Below are positions 14,187-27,480 of a stretch of 64,000 nt of DNA, in pieces. Below the pieces are notes generated by a model that was not told the origin of the DNA, made no database searches, and was given only the letters and a program-made list of their open reading frames with translations. The first letter of the stretch is position 1. Each line of letters begins with the position of its first letter. The DNA lies in NCBI RefSeq assembly GCF_001194135.2, contig NC_068993.1:56213906-56277905 (forward strand), written 5' to 3'. The translations under genes were made by a program, and so were the position numbers. Source of the DNA: Octopus bimaculoides (Eukaryota).

Positions 14187-14785
14187 CATATATATACACA
14201 CGCATATATATACATAGACGTAAGTACATAATAATGTGCATATATGCATACGTGTATGTGTGGGTGTATATACTATTCATAGTATATTATGTGTCAATAT
14301 TCAATATGTATTCAGTTGTAAGATTGTATACACATATATATGTGTGTATGTGTTACTCTAATATGGCTTAAGTTTATTGGGTGCTTTATTTAAATTATTT
14401 ATTCAAACGAACAGCTATACTCATATAAATATAACTATGTATGTATGTATATACACGTACGTATATATGTCTGTATGTACATCAATATTTACATTAATTT
14501 TGTATAGATAGATATACGTGCGTGAACATATATGTATGTCTTTGTATACGTTCGAGTTATGTAACAGTCCAAAGAACTTTCTATCAAAGGCGGATTGTCT
14601 CTAAAGTTGACATTTTTAGCACTGACATCAGGAAAGGAATCACTGCTTGTAAATGCACTAAGTGATTTAATATTCATGTATGTATGTATACTCTTTTTGT
14701 GTGTGTTCTACTTCAAGATTTCAAGAGAAGTTTTTATTCACATAGAAACAGCATTTTGCACAAAATAAATTAAATAAATAAACAG

Positions 14786-15180
14786 TAGTGGTTGTGTGGT
14801 AAGAAGCTTGCTTCCCAACCACATGGTTCTAGGTTCAGTCCAACTGCGTGGCACTTTGGGCAAGTGTCTTCTGCTATAGCCTCGGACCGACCAAAGCCTT
14901 GAGTGGATTTGGTAGATGGAAACTGAAAGAAATCTGTTGTATGTATGTATGTATGTATGTATGTATTTGTGTGTCTGTGTTTGTCACCCCAACATCGCTT
15001 GGCAACCGATGTTGGTGTGTTTACGTCCCCGTAACTTGGCAGTTCGGCAAAAGAGACCAATAGAATAAGTACTAGACTTACAAAGAATAAATCCCGGGGT
15101 CGATTTGTTCGACTAAAGGCGGTGCTCCAGCATGGCCACAGTCAAGTGACTGAATCAACTAAGAGAGTAAAAGAGATAAA
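14786..15180 (+). mobile_element. SINE family A
   Basis: Full head, core and GGTGCTCCAGCATGGCC tail. Confidence 0.85.
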
Positions 15181-15639
15181 TAAATAAAATTAATTTTTTA
15201 ATAAGCCTGTCCAGGACCAGAATGCATTCATTCATTCATTTNNNNNNNNNNNNNNNNNNNNNNNNNNNNNNNNNNNNNNNNNNNNNNNNNNNNNNNNNNN
15301 NNNNNNNNNNNNNNNNNNNNNNNNNNNNNNNNNNNNNNNNNNNNNNNNNNNNNNNNNNGTGCGCATGTTTCTGTGAGATTTATTTTAAGTGGTTGATTTT
15401 TTCTTTCTTTTTTTTTTGGCAGAATTCAAACCGGTCACTAAAGTAGCAAAGCTCTTTTGTTTATGGTTACCTGAATTGGCTTTTCTATGGATGATACATG
15501 TGCCTATGTATAATACATGTGTTCTATAGATAATACATGTCCCCGTGGATAAACTTGCACTCGTGGGTGTGCATTTCACAGAAAACGCGTGTATGCATGT
15601 TTCATTACTGTTTAGGTGTATGCGTATATGTCTACTCTA

Positions 15640-16800
15640 AATCTGTTAGCACCCAGGAGCCCCAAATGGAGAATCTCTGAAATGTTTTACAATTTTCCCC
15701 GTCCTTCTGATAAATTTGTATCTGGAGAGTACGAATCCGTCTGCTCCTTTGGTTTTTGGAGAACCAAGCATTTCTAGGTTTCTATGTAGACCCGTTGTTA
15801 CGTATCCCAGTATACCTATGATAATAGGAACAAATGAAGATATATAGTCTGGTTATAAGAGTTATAGGCTTCACATCAGCTCTCCATAGACGTACTTTTT
15901 TCTCCAATTTTTGAAAAGTCTAACATCCGCTGAGTAGCTCGTCTCTACAACGATGTATGAGTTCTGCTCCTTGTCCCATACAACCATATCTGGCCTGTTC
16001 TACTTACACAATGCTGCTCTTTTCACTTGAATGTTCCGCTAGTATTCTTTAGTTTTAAAGATGTAGATTTTTGTTTCTGATGTGCCTTTAGTTTGGCCGT
16101 CAGGAAACTTGTTCTTGCATATAGCATTGTAAACCATCTTAGAGACAATGTTATGTCTCATGGGGAAGTAATATCTTCCGAACATTTTTGGACAGCTACT
16201 GATGATATGAGTAGCATGGCATAATCGACACTTTCTCTCACAATGTAGGGTTTAGAGGTATTCGTGTCTCTTGTTGATCAGGTATTTAATAGTTCCTGTT
16301 TTTGGATTGTAAAATTATAGCTTTCTAGGTGAGATGTAATGTACCTATTGCAGGTCCGGGAGAGGCTTCTATTCTTATCAATGTTGCTGGCGTTTTCCAG
16401 TATGTGCGACATGTACCCATGCATAACTTTCTGCTGGTCTGATTAGAGTTTCCCAACCAAATCTCTGTTTAAGTAGGTCAGCCCAGCTACCCTCGGTTCA
16501 CAAGGAGCAGCAGCTATAATCTCAGGGTACTTCTTCAAAAGTTCTATGCCTGATCTTATATTGAGTATACACATGATGTACCCCTTTCTCTCTTTGCTGT
16601 TCAGTAGGTATTGTCCAAGTGACACGATGCGTTTACTATTGGTGTGGAAAATTTACCAGTCAGTGTTAGAAAAATATCGAGAAATCAGGAAATACTCATT
16701 TTGCCCCATTCACCCATTCACCCGCCCCAAAGTATTCAAATGAAATGTGAATTTTTCCTGCGACCTTTCTTTTCAGGACACCATCATGGAGTACTGGCAA
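15640..16800 (-). mobile_element. R4/Dong-type non-LTR retrotransposon remnant (CCHC + restriction-like endonuclease)
   Basis: Broken minus-strand frames read ...ISSSCPKMFGRYYFPMRHNIVSKMVYN and RPDMVVWDKEQNSYIVVETSYSADV, the CCHC and PD..D..E RLE motifs. Confidence 0.65.
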
Positions 16801-16989
16801 GTTTATAACTTCTCTTGGATGTTACATTTCTGTAATCTAAGAGGGAAAAGTCTACCAAGTACCTTCTGCAATAAATAAATAAATAAATTAATTAATAAAG
16901 ATACACAGCATCGGTTGACAATAGATATAGGCTATTCAAAGCATAATCTGATACGAGAATATATATATTCTCTTTTATGTAAAGAAAAC

Positions 16990-17026
<37 letters not shown>

Positions 17027-17460
17027 NNNNNNNNNNNNNNNNNNNNNNNNNNNNNNNNNNNNNNNNNNNNNNNNNNNNNNNNNNNNNNNNNNNNNNNNNN
17101 NNNNNNNNNNNNNNNNNNNNNNNNNNNNNNNNNNNNNNNNNNNNNNNNNNNNNNNNNNNNNNNNNNNNNNNNNNNNNNNNNNNNNNNNNNNNNNNNNNNN
17201 NNNNNNNNNNNNNNNNNNNNNNNNNNNNNNNNNNNNNNNNNNNNNNNNNNNNNNNNNNNNNNNNNNNNNNNNNNNNNNNNNNNNNNNNNNNNNNNNNNNN
17301 NNNNNNNNNNNNNNNNNNNNNNNNNNNNNNNNNNNNNNNNNNNNNNNNNNNNNNNNNNNNNNNNNNNNNNNNNNNNNNNNNNNNNNNNNNNNNNNNNNNN
17401 NNNNNNNNNNNNNNNNNNNNNNNNNNNNNNNNNNNNNNNNNNNNNNNNNNNNNNNNNNNN

Positions 17461-17491
<31 letters not shown>

Positions 17492-18374
17492 GCATACTAC
17501 GTATGTATGTATTTATGCATGTATGTGTGTGTGTATATATATATGTATGTGTATGTGTGTGCCTATGTATCTCTGTGTATATGTCTACGTGTATGTTTGT
17601 ATCTGTCTCTATTTGGTTGTGTTTCTGTGAATGTGAACATCTCTCAGTGTATCTTCGACGCATTTCATCTTGATTTTGGATGTGTGTGTGTGTGCGTGCG
17701 TGTGCGTGTGCGTGCGTTTGAAAGTATATGTGTTTCGTCACAGATTTCGACATGTCGAAGCGACTCCAAACAACGATTTTCATGTTGACGGGTCACGTAA
17801 GGTTTCAAGCGTTTGGCAGAGAACGATACACAAGTGGATTTGTTCCTAAGAAAGCCGTCTCTTTGAAAATAACATTATCTACGGAAAAACATAACTGGGT
17901 TCTTCTAAAATGTATAAATAGATAATAAAAACATGTCCAAAGATACAAAAATAGATGCGATATATGTCAAACAGAGGATTGTAACTCAAAGGAAATATAC
18001 ATGAAAATACAGAGTATGTTTTATATGCGCTGAAATTGAAACAAACTTTATTTAGAGAAACGGAGGAAAATATATAAACATATAAATAGAATTACATCCG
18101 TTTTTAAAGGATTTCTTATGTGTGTGTGTGTGTATGTGTGTGCGCGTACGTGATGGCGCAAAAGAAAGAAAGAGAGAGAGAAAAGAAAGGAAAGAAAATG
18201 GGAAAGAGTGAACTTATTAATGATAGTTTTAGTGATTTTTTTATATATATATATGTGTAAGTATATATGTCAGAGACACATTCCAGAACGAAACAAATCT
18301 GACGAGCGTAGGGTTGTGAGATTTACATGGAACTTTTAGTTGTTATAATAAGTTTTTTCATATACGTATGTGCG

Positions 18375-18410
<36 letters not shown>

Positions 18411-19332
18411 TTAAATTCAGATGAGTGGTACAACAAGGCACCAATATATATATATATTCATATATANNNNNNNNNNNNNNNNNNNNNNNNNNNNNNNNNN
18501 NNNNNNNNNNNNNNNNNNNNNNNNNNNNNNNNNNNNNNNNNNNNNNNNNNNNNNNNNNNNNNNNNNNNNNNNNNNNNNNNNNNNNNNNNNNNNNNNNNNN
18601 NNNNNNNNNNNNNNNNNNNNNNNNNNNNNNNNNNNNNNNNNNNNNNNNNNNNNNNNNNNNNNNNNNNNNNNNNNNNNNNNNNNNNNNNNNNNNNNNNNNN
18701 NNNNNNNNNNNNNNNNNNNNNNNNNNNNNNNNNNNNNNNNNNNNNNNNNNNNNNNNNNNNNNNNNNNNNNNNNNNNNNNNNNNNNNNNNNNNNNNNNNNN
18801 NNNNNNNNNNNNNNNNNNNNNNNNNNNNNNNNNNNNNNNNNNNNNNNNNNNNNNNNNNNNNNNNNNNNNNNNNNNNNNNNNNNNNNNNNNNNNNNNNNNN
18901 NNNNNNNNNNNNNNNNNNNNNNNNNNNNNNNNNNNNNNNNNNNNNNNNNNNNNNNNNNNNNNNNNNNNNNNNNNNNNNNNNNNNNNNNNNNNNNNNNNNN
19001 NNNNNNNNNNNTTTTTTAATGGAAATAGGTGGCCTCTAATTGACGTACGTGGTTGGCTATGCTCTATGCTATACTGTGTGTGTGTGTGTTTAACTTTGGC
19101 CATTGATGAAAAAAAAAGCGGGGGGGGGGAAGATTGTCACTAAATAAAATAAAGTTTACCTAAACCTGGTATCATGTGTACATATTTTAGTAGAAATTGA
19201 AACTTGTAGCGCTGTTATATCAGCTATTGTGTTTCCGTTGTAGTTTTTCAATAACAAAAGATTGTCTCTGCATATTCATACGGTGTCAAAATGGTGTGTG
19301 TGTGTATGAATACAACACACAAAGTCACAAAC

Positions 19333-19386
<54 letters not shown>

Positions 19387-19547
19387 GTTCTTTTTGTAGA
19401 CTGATTTTTTGTCATTCTTTTTTTTTCTTTGTATATACGGTGTATTATGTTCTCTTGTTTTTTGTCTTCTCGTTTTTCTCTCGAGGTGTGTTATATTTGA
19501 GACCCGACAACGAGGTTACCCAATCATTGCTCATAAACACAAATAAT

Positions 19548-19579
<32 letters not shown>

Positions 19580-20262
19580 ACACACACATACATACATACA
19601 TACATACATACATACATACATGGCATAGTACGGACGTTCTTCATAGGATCTGCCGAACTAGAGGGCTTCATCGAGCTCCACTGTCGGTTTGGCGTGGTTT
19701 TTATGACTGGCTGCCCCTCCTAATGCCAACCACTTTACAGAGTGAACCGGCTGCTTTCTTTCGTGGCACCTGCACTGGTTAGGTTATCAAGTAACTCGCC
19801 AGACAAAACACCTCGATTAAGTTGGATTGTAAACAACGGCAAAGTTGGCTTCATGTTAAATGTTGATAGGATAAAGTATAATAGGGGGACAGGAACAGTT
19901 GTCTTACTGTAGAGAGGCTGATTAGAAGTGTCATGGAGTTCAGGAGAAGGGGTTCACTGTGTGGCTTGCAGATATGTGTTGAGTAGTTGCGATGAGGCTG
20001 TGGATGACTCGATAGTTGCATTAACAATTACAATTTGGTGGAGATTGGTTTTTGGAGATGTGAAAGCAATAAAAGGCGTTTGATGTAGATCTAATTTACG
20101 TGTAGGTGATGAAAGTTGATGAAGAGAACTGAGGATTGCAAAAAATTCAGTTTCTTTACAGATGGCGTCTGTGTAGGCTGGATGAAAAAAACAAAGAGAA
20201 ATTGCTCTGAACGCTGAAGTCAGAAAAAACGATGAGTTCAGAAAAGGGGGTGATGTGATTCA

Positions 20263-20297
<35 letters not shown>

Positions 20298-20759
20298 NNN
20301 NNNNNNNNNNNNNNNNNNNNNNNNNNNNNNNNNNNNNNNNNNNNNNNNNNNNNNNNNNNNNNNNNNNNNNNNNNNNNNNNNNNNNNNNNNNNNTGTGTGT
20401 GTGTGTGTCCCCTCAGTGCAAGAGAAGATATGGTGGAAGAGGTGTTGGTAGCTCGAAGAGTTAAAGCAGTAAATAGAGGAGACATGTATGGGGGAGTGAG
20501 GCGAGAGTAAATTTGAGCGAGATTAACTGAAAGTCATTATTACTGAAATCCAGGTTTGAGAGGTGAGTAATAGGAGGAGTGGAGTCTGAATAATCCCACA
20601 CGCAACCTTTCACGGTGAAATTTGAAGCTAACGATTTATTTCACACAACATATATAAGGGCGTAGTGTAAACAGAGAACATCAGAAACAAAAGACATTGT
20701 TTTCACTGTTGTTTTTGCACTTTAACTTTATATATATATTTTTTTGCTCGCTTTTGCGT

Positions 20760-21360
20760 TCTCGTTTCCAACATTACTGAAAATAAACTAAGAAGGCCCG
20801 AGTTCCATTAGAAAATTTCAAAGTGGTTTGTTTCATACAGTGGGATAGTATCCAGCAGGGAAAAGATATTGCGAAGACAGTAAGCCTGAACTTAAGGCAT
20901 TGTTGTTAATGGATAATATTGCAAGCTACCTTAGGATTCTCGATTCCCTTCAGATCTGCATTCTTGACGAAGTAGTTTATCTACATCCAAATGTTGTTTT
21001 CTTACGTCAATCCATGGCTCAAGATTAATGTAAGAATATCAGACAACTTGCTGAAGTAAAAGATGACCAAGACAAAAAGATTATCAGAATTGGGGGAAAG
21101 GAAAGTATTGCGAAGACAATATCAAAGCCGCCTGGAATGAAATAACCAACAATGGCAAGGACAGAATTTGAAAGAAGCTGTGGGCAGAAGCATGTAAGAC
21201 TTCCTGGAATTTCACAGAGAAATAATACCAGCGCATTAGTGGCATCGAAGAGCTGGTCAACGAAGGGAGAATACAAAACGCCTCTGCGAGAGATTTGGAG
21301 GAATTAATATAGTATCATGGTGAGAGTTTATCTTCTGCAGAGCTACAGGAGTTAGTAGAG
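20760..21360 (+). mobile_element. Tigger/pogo DDE transposase remnant
   Basis: KALLLMDNIASYL, VVYLHPNVVFLRQSMAQ and YHGESLSSAELQELVE resemble LLLLDNAP.HP / FLPPNTT..LQPMDQG / HGEELS.EDL.EL. Confidence 0.6.
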
Positions 21361-21439
21361 TATCGCATCTGGATATCGATTTGTTGAGTGGGTAACTTCA
21401 GAAAAAAGTTGTACTACTGACTTCATCTCTGCAGAGTTT

Positions 21440-21900
21440 CCAACTGATCCACCTACGTGACTTACCGTCAAGTTTGAAGCGGATGGAAGTGTTCGGAATG
21501 TCCTCAAGAAACGTTCCCGAAAACCTCGGACATAGACGTGCCCCACAAAACAAACAAAGGTACTAAAAACACATTGCCATGACACGAGAAAATCTGTACG
21601 GCAAGCGAATCGTGAGATAAGTATTTCAGAATCAAGCGTCCGTGCTTTGAATGAAGATGAACCGGATTGAAAAGTAAAGTTTTGCGAGTGGCACTTGGTA
21701 AGATTATTTGGAGTGATGAGGCTACATTTGAATTAAAGTGGAGAGAAAATAGCGAACTCGTGGCTCAGTCACTGGAGAGTATCTGCGAGCAACTTTATGT
21801 CAGTAAGTCGAGATCCTATCGTAATAATAATTGTTCAGAGCTGAAATATGTTCTGATCATGAAGAGATGGGTTACGTATCGGAATGTGGTTTAACTATGA
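21440..21900 (+). mobile_element. Tc1/mariner transposase remnant
   Basis: [47 protein letters not shown]. Confidence 0.65.
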
Positions 21901-22329
21901 TAAGGATGTGTCTCAGGATGTGTCTACCTTGTTGATAGTAAAACCCAACATTCAGGGAAATTACTAAGTCTCTTACCGCCTGCTGTGTTGCTCATGATTA
22001 AGATGGAACGGTGATGATTTTGGTATATGAGTAGCATTTGGGCTTTATTTCGTTGCTTTACATTTGCATTCGTATATTGAATTGAAAGAAACTATATTGG
22101 ATTACTCTTAATCAAAGATAATTTGGTGGTCTCTGTTCGTGGAATCAGTGCGATTTTGTTGTCAGAGATGCGAGTGGATGATGCGTTGTTGAGAAATGTA
22201 AGAATGAAGGATAGAATCGTTTGTATAAGAGTGGGCGTTGTCGGTCGTAACTGCAAGTAGGTCATTGACGTAGAGAAAGAATACATTGTACAGCCGTCCA
22301 AAAGTGTAACCACCTTTCAATGCAGCCTA

Positions 22330-22560
22330 ATGTTATTGCTAAAAAAATACACAGAGTCATCTATGGTAATGATTGCCTTGGGTTAAATATAGGAAATTTT
22401 TCGGTTATTGAGTAAATACATACAAAAGGAATATTGGTGGGGCATTCTCATCAAGACTTCTACCAAGTGCAAGCAATATGAGCCTCGTGTAATTGCTAGG
22501 AATAGAAAAGATAACTTGTGTAGTTGTAGAGCTTAGTTGCCCAAATCGACGAGAAAGGCA
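22330..22560 (+). mobile_element. Second R4-type RLE fragment, opposite orientation
   Basis: KEYWWGILIKTSTKCKQYEP plus frameshifted EKITCVVVELSCPN. Confidence 0.55.
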
Positions 22561-22619
22561 AAATTTACGGACATTCGACTCGAAGCCTACGACTTTTCGA
22601 CACATAAATTCATCACACA

Positions 22620-22654
<35 letters not shown>

Positions 22655-23104
22655 ATTGGTGCATTCCACTGTGTTAGTTAATGCCTAAGGGTCAATCTTA
22701 AAAAGCCAGGGTTTCCGAGAAAAAAAAAAAAAAAGAAACCAACGAACACGCATTTTGCTCAGCATATGTTAACATAATATTGATTTCAAATTTAGGCACA
22801 TGGCCAGCAATTTCGGGCGAGAAAGTAAGACGATTAGCTCGTCCCCAGTGCTCAACTGGTACTTATTTTATCGACTCCAGAAGGACGAAAGGTAAAGTCG
22901 ACCTCGGTGGAATTTGAACTCAGGCGTTTTGCTCGGAGTGCTAACGATTCTGTCAGCTCTCCGCCTTCAAATGTTTATATGATATTAAAAGAATGGTGGC
23001 GGCTAAGCTAGTAGAAATGTCAACGAGTCGGACAAAATGCTTAACGGTATTTCTTCCGTTTTAATACGTTCTGTGTTCAAATTCTGCTTAGGTCAACTTT
23101 AAAT

Positions 23105-23635
23105 AAAGCAGCGAGCCGTTTACTGCGCCGCACAAAGTGCTTTTATGATTGGAAATCCAAATATGCAACCACTAGGCAGTGGTCTAAGGTCCGGTGAATG
23201 CAGAAGATATTCTACTGAACTTCTTCGTCCAATATTCCTGTTTGGCAAAAATCTCATTAAGATAGGAGACCCTTATATAATAATGGTAGTGTAGAGCGGT
23301 CCTATCTTCTTGGGAAAAAAAGCTCCGCACCTTCAAAATCTTCATGAATACTTGGCATAACAGATTGTCGAAGCAAGTTTAAGTAAATGAGACCAGTCAC
23401 AGCACCGTCAAAAAAGTTCGGCCCCATTAACCGTTTTGCTGATAAGCCTTACCATATAGTAATTCCTGGCGAATTAACATGATGTTCCTCCTTAATATAC
23501 AGATCCTCAGGTCCTCAGTAGGTGCAAGTGAGGCGATTAATTACACCATTCAATTCAAATGTAGCCTCATCACTCCAAATAATCTTTGTTGGGAAATGCG
23601 CATCTTCTACACGTCTTCTACTCGCAAAACTCTCC
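23105..23635 (-). mobile_element. Tc1/mariner remnant of the same family, inverted
   Basis: [35 protein letters not shown] and LHSPDLRPL in broken minus frames. Confidence 0.65.
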
Positions 23636-24284
23636 TTTGAGAGAGAGAGAGAGAGGGGGGGAGGGAGAGATGTATGTATATGCTACTCTACTTTTGGTAT
23701 TCGAGTACTATTTTTCCACCTAGTTTTGCCTTTATGTGCTCAATTGTAAGTATACACGCGCACGCCCACTTGTAAATGTGTGTGCACGCGCGAGCGCGTC
23801 ATATATACATAGGAGAGNNNNNNNNNNNNNNNNNNNNNNNNNNNNNNNNNNNNNNNNNNNNNNNNNNNNNNNNNNNNNNNNNNNNNNNNNNNNNNNNNNN
23901 NNNNNNNNNNNNNNNNNNNNNNNNNNNNNNNNNNNNNNNNNNNNNNNNNNNNNNNNNNNNNNNNNNNNNNNNNNNNNNNNNNNNNNNNNNNNNNNNNNNN
24001 NNNNNNNNNNNNNNNNNNNNNNNNNNNNNNNNNNNNNNNNNNNNNNNNNNNNNNNNNNNNNNNNNNNNNNNNNNNNNNNNNNNNNNNNNNNNNNNNNNNN
24101 NNNNNNNNNNNNNNNNNNNNNNNNNNNNNNNNNNNNNNNNNNNNNNNNNNNNNNNNNNNNNNNNNNNNNNNNNNNNNNNNNNNNNNNNNNNNNNNNNNNN
24201 NNNNNNNNNNNNNNNNNNNNNNNNNNNNNNNNNNNNNNNNNNNNNNNNNNNNNNNNNNNNNNNNNNNNNNNNNNNNNNNNNNNN

Positions 24285-24338
<54 letters not shown>

Positions 24339-25589
24339 TTCTTTTATTCGTCTTGTTCTTCTTCTGTTGCTTTTTCTTTGTAGTTACGAAAGTAAGGTAA
24401 TGCGCCTCTTGTTTCTAGTTTATCCAGATGTTATGACATACCAGATCACCGACCATGTTATTCTCTCAATTTTCTTGACAAATAACTCAATCAGCGGCCA
24501 TGTTGTTCTCCCGATTTTCTTGACAAATATCTCTGTACCAAAAACAACTCCACCGCTTTACTAATTCAACTCTTTGAAGACTAGAAACGAATAGCTGAGT
24601 GGATAATGCAGAATCATATTTAGACACGGCAGGGCCCTAAGCTGTGTGATCATAGCAGGGGCTATTTGGCAATTGTTAGTAAAAACTAAATAACTTAACA
24701 TAAATATGTAATATGAAAATATATTTATGCTTCGTTGTAAAACAATAAAAAATCTTACGCGGTTGGGTAAATAATTACACCCCCTCCCAGTTAATGGGTT
24801 AATTTGCTTAACATCAATTAGGTAAATTATGTTCAGATATTATGTGGGAAATATAAAGATGGCGAGGTTCCGGTGTACTATGTGATCTGGTATAGCTTGT
24901 GATCTACATTAGTTCAAACTTTTTGATCTACATTTTAAATTCATCTATTTACTCGACTTCCTGTTGGTTTGGTATATAAACCAAAAAAAAAAAACTTGGT
25001 CCGTGGGTCTTCGGACTTAAAAATGGCTTAGATTGTCGCTATTTTTATGTTCCAAAAAGAGACAGAGCTAGTCTCGAGCCAATATTCATAAGAGAAGTGC
25101 AAGCAGGCTCTGTCAACCACTCAGATGAATGACCATCACATTCGAATCTACATAGATATTGCATCCATTCCAACGTCAACCACCAGCAAAGCTATGTTAA
25201 TCGTCAAGATGGAACACGGACGCAGAACATTGAGCAGTCGTGGCTAGAAGCTAAAATTCGTCTTCTCAAAAAAAAAAATATTGCAAATATTTCAATCTCA
25301 TTCAGATTTCATTTGTTGGAAGATTTTAAGATCAAATGAGCAAAATCTCTTTATTGCATTTTTAAATGATATCCGTGCAGTATACAAATAATCACAATAT
25401 CCATGTTTCTGGTATGAAATAAAAATCAAAAATTTTTTTTCTATTTCTTTTCCTTTTTTAAATGTTTAACTCACTCCTCTAATTATAATTGCAAATTTAT
25501 AACAAAATTTTGAATGTAGATCACAAACTAGTCTAGATTTAAGTTGCTGTAGATCACAACGGCATGCGGATCACATATTCACCAGCACC

Positions 25590-25810
25590 GATGGCGTGTT
25601 GGTAGAAACGTTAGCACACCGGGTGCAACGCTTAGCGGTATTTCGTCTGCCGTTACGTTCTGAGTTCAAATTCCGCCGAGGTCGACTTCGCCTTTCATCC
25701 TTTCGGGATCGATTAAATAAGTACGAGTTACGTACTGGGGTCGATGTAATCGACTTAATCTCTTTGTCTGTCCTTGTTTAGCCCCTTGTGGGCAGTAAAG
25801 AAATAAGAAA
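25590..25810 (+). mobile_element. SINE family D
   Basis: GAGTTCAAATTCCGCCGAGGTCGAC...TACTGGGGTCGATG core; inverted copies at about 6850-7030, 22790-22970, 30290-30390 and 55840-56030. Confidence 0.75.
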
Positions 25811-27049
25811 CTTTAGCACGCCGGGCAAAATTGCTAAGAAACATTTCTTCCGACTTCAAATTCTGCCGAGGTTGACTTTGCTCTTTCGTCTTCCAGGGTC
25901 ACACCTTTCCTCGAAGTTGCTGGCCTTGTGCCATATTTGAAACCATTATGTAGGAAATATAGAGGTAGCAATCTGGCAGAATCGTTAGCGCGTCGGACAA
26001 AAACGCTTTGAGACATTTCTTCCATGTGTCTCCACACTAGAGGTACGTAATTGTTATTGAAGTAACGTTTGCAGAGATGTTTATAGAGTTAACAAACGTT
26101 AATGCTAGGAGTATGACAAATGAATATTGCGTGAATCTAAAGATGCACTCAACCTAGACACCTCACGCCATCTATTTTCTCTTTCAGCCTTCCATCACTA
26201 AGTACCAGATATCAAAGGGACAATCCTCTCTGTGGATTTACAAATGGCAGGAGTCACAATCTTCAAATATCTTTCTTGTTGATTTCACATATAAGGCATT
26301 TTCAAAACTACATCATACACAAACAGCTTCTTTTTCACACACACACACACACACACACACACGCAATCTCTCTCATTCTACCCCTCTTTCTCCCTCTTTC
26401 TTGTTCTCCTCCTTTCTCTCTTTCTCCCTCTCTTTCCTTCTTCCTCTCTCTCTCTCAGTCGTTCTCCTTCTCTTCCCCTCTCTCTCGTTCTCCCTTTCTG
26501 TCGTTCTCTCTCTCTCTCTCTCTTCTCACTTTCACATCTCTCCCATCAATTGCCTTACACTCACATTTCAAGTAAAACCCACATTGGAGTACTGCTCTCA
26601 TACCTAGACAGAGCAGCTATCACACACACACACACACACACACGCAAACACACAACCGCACACATCTTATACCAACATTACACTACTGCTCACATATCTG
26701 GGACAGAGCTGCTCATACACACACAATCATTCTGTAGCCATATTAAAGTACAGCTCATGTCTGGGACGGTGCTGCTGACACACAAAGAACATTCTAGACC
26801 ACACCATCGCTCACATGCCTGGGACACTGTTGCTCTTATAAACACACACGCACACACATATCTTAACTCATACATAGAAACACACACACACACATACTAA
26901 CTCACAATGGAGTGTTGCTCCTATGCCTGGGACAGTGTTGCTTTTATAAACACAGACACACACAAACACACCTTAACTCACAGTGAAGTGTTATTCATAT
27001 GCCGGTGATGATCGGAATCGAGGATGTGCTCTTTGATGATGGTAGAGAC

Positions 27050-27480
27050 TTGGAAACAGCTGGTCAGTGCAAGTGCAGTCAGTTGAAAATTCCACATACC
27101 GGATGCCAGAAGATTTCAGGGGTCATCAGGAGAGAATGTGCACCGTTTTACCGTTTTGGGTCCTTCCTCTCGACGGCTTTACAGCGCATCGGCCCCACCT
27201 TGTTTCGACTGACTAACGTTCAACCACAGGTCCATTTCTGGATCGTCACTTCTCCATCCAGGTTTCGTCATTCCTTTTCCGCCATATCCAATGGCTGGAC
27301 CTGTCAACCGTCACCTGGTTTTCCTTCAAGATGGTGTTTCTTTGCTCGTGTTGGACACCAATTGATAGGAGCCACCGTCTCAGTCTGGTCTGGTCTGGTG
27401 CATGATGATATCAAAAGACCACTCAATCTTCCTCTTAATGATAAGAATAGACCCCTTCATCCTCATAAACTTGATGGAAA
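27050..27480 (-). mobile_element. RTE-clade LINE 3' end remnant
   Basis: Minus-strand PINWCPTRAKKHHLEGKPGDG resembles the decayed W.PR..KR..GRP..RW C-terminal motif. Confidence 0.45.
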
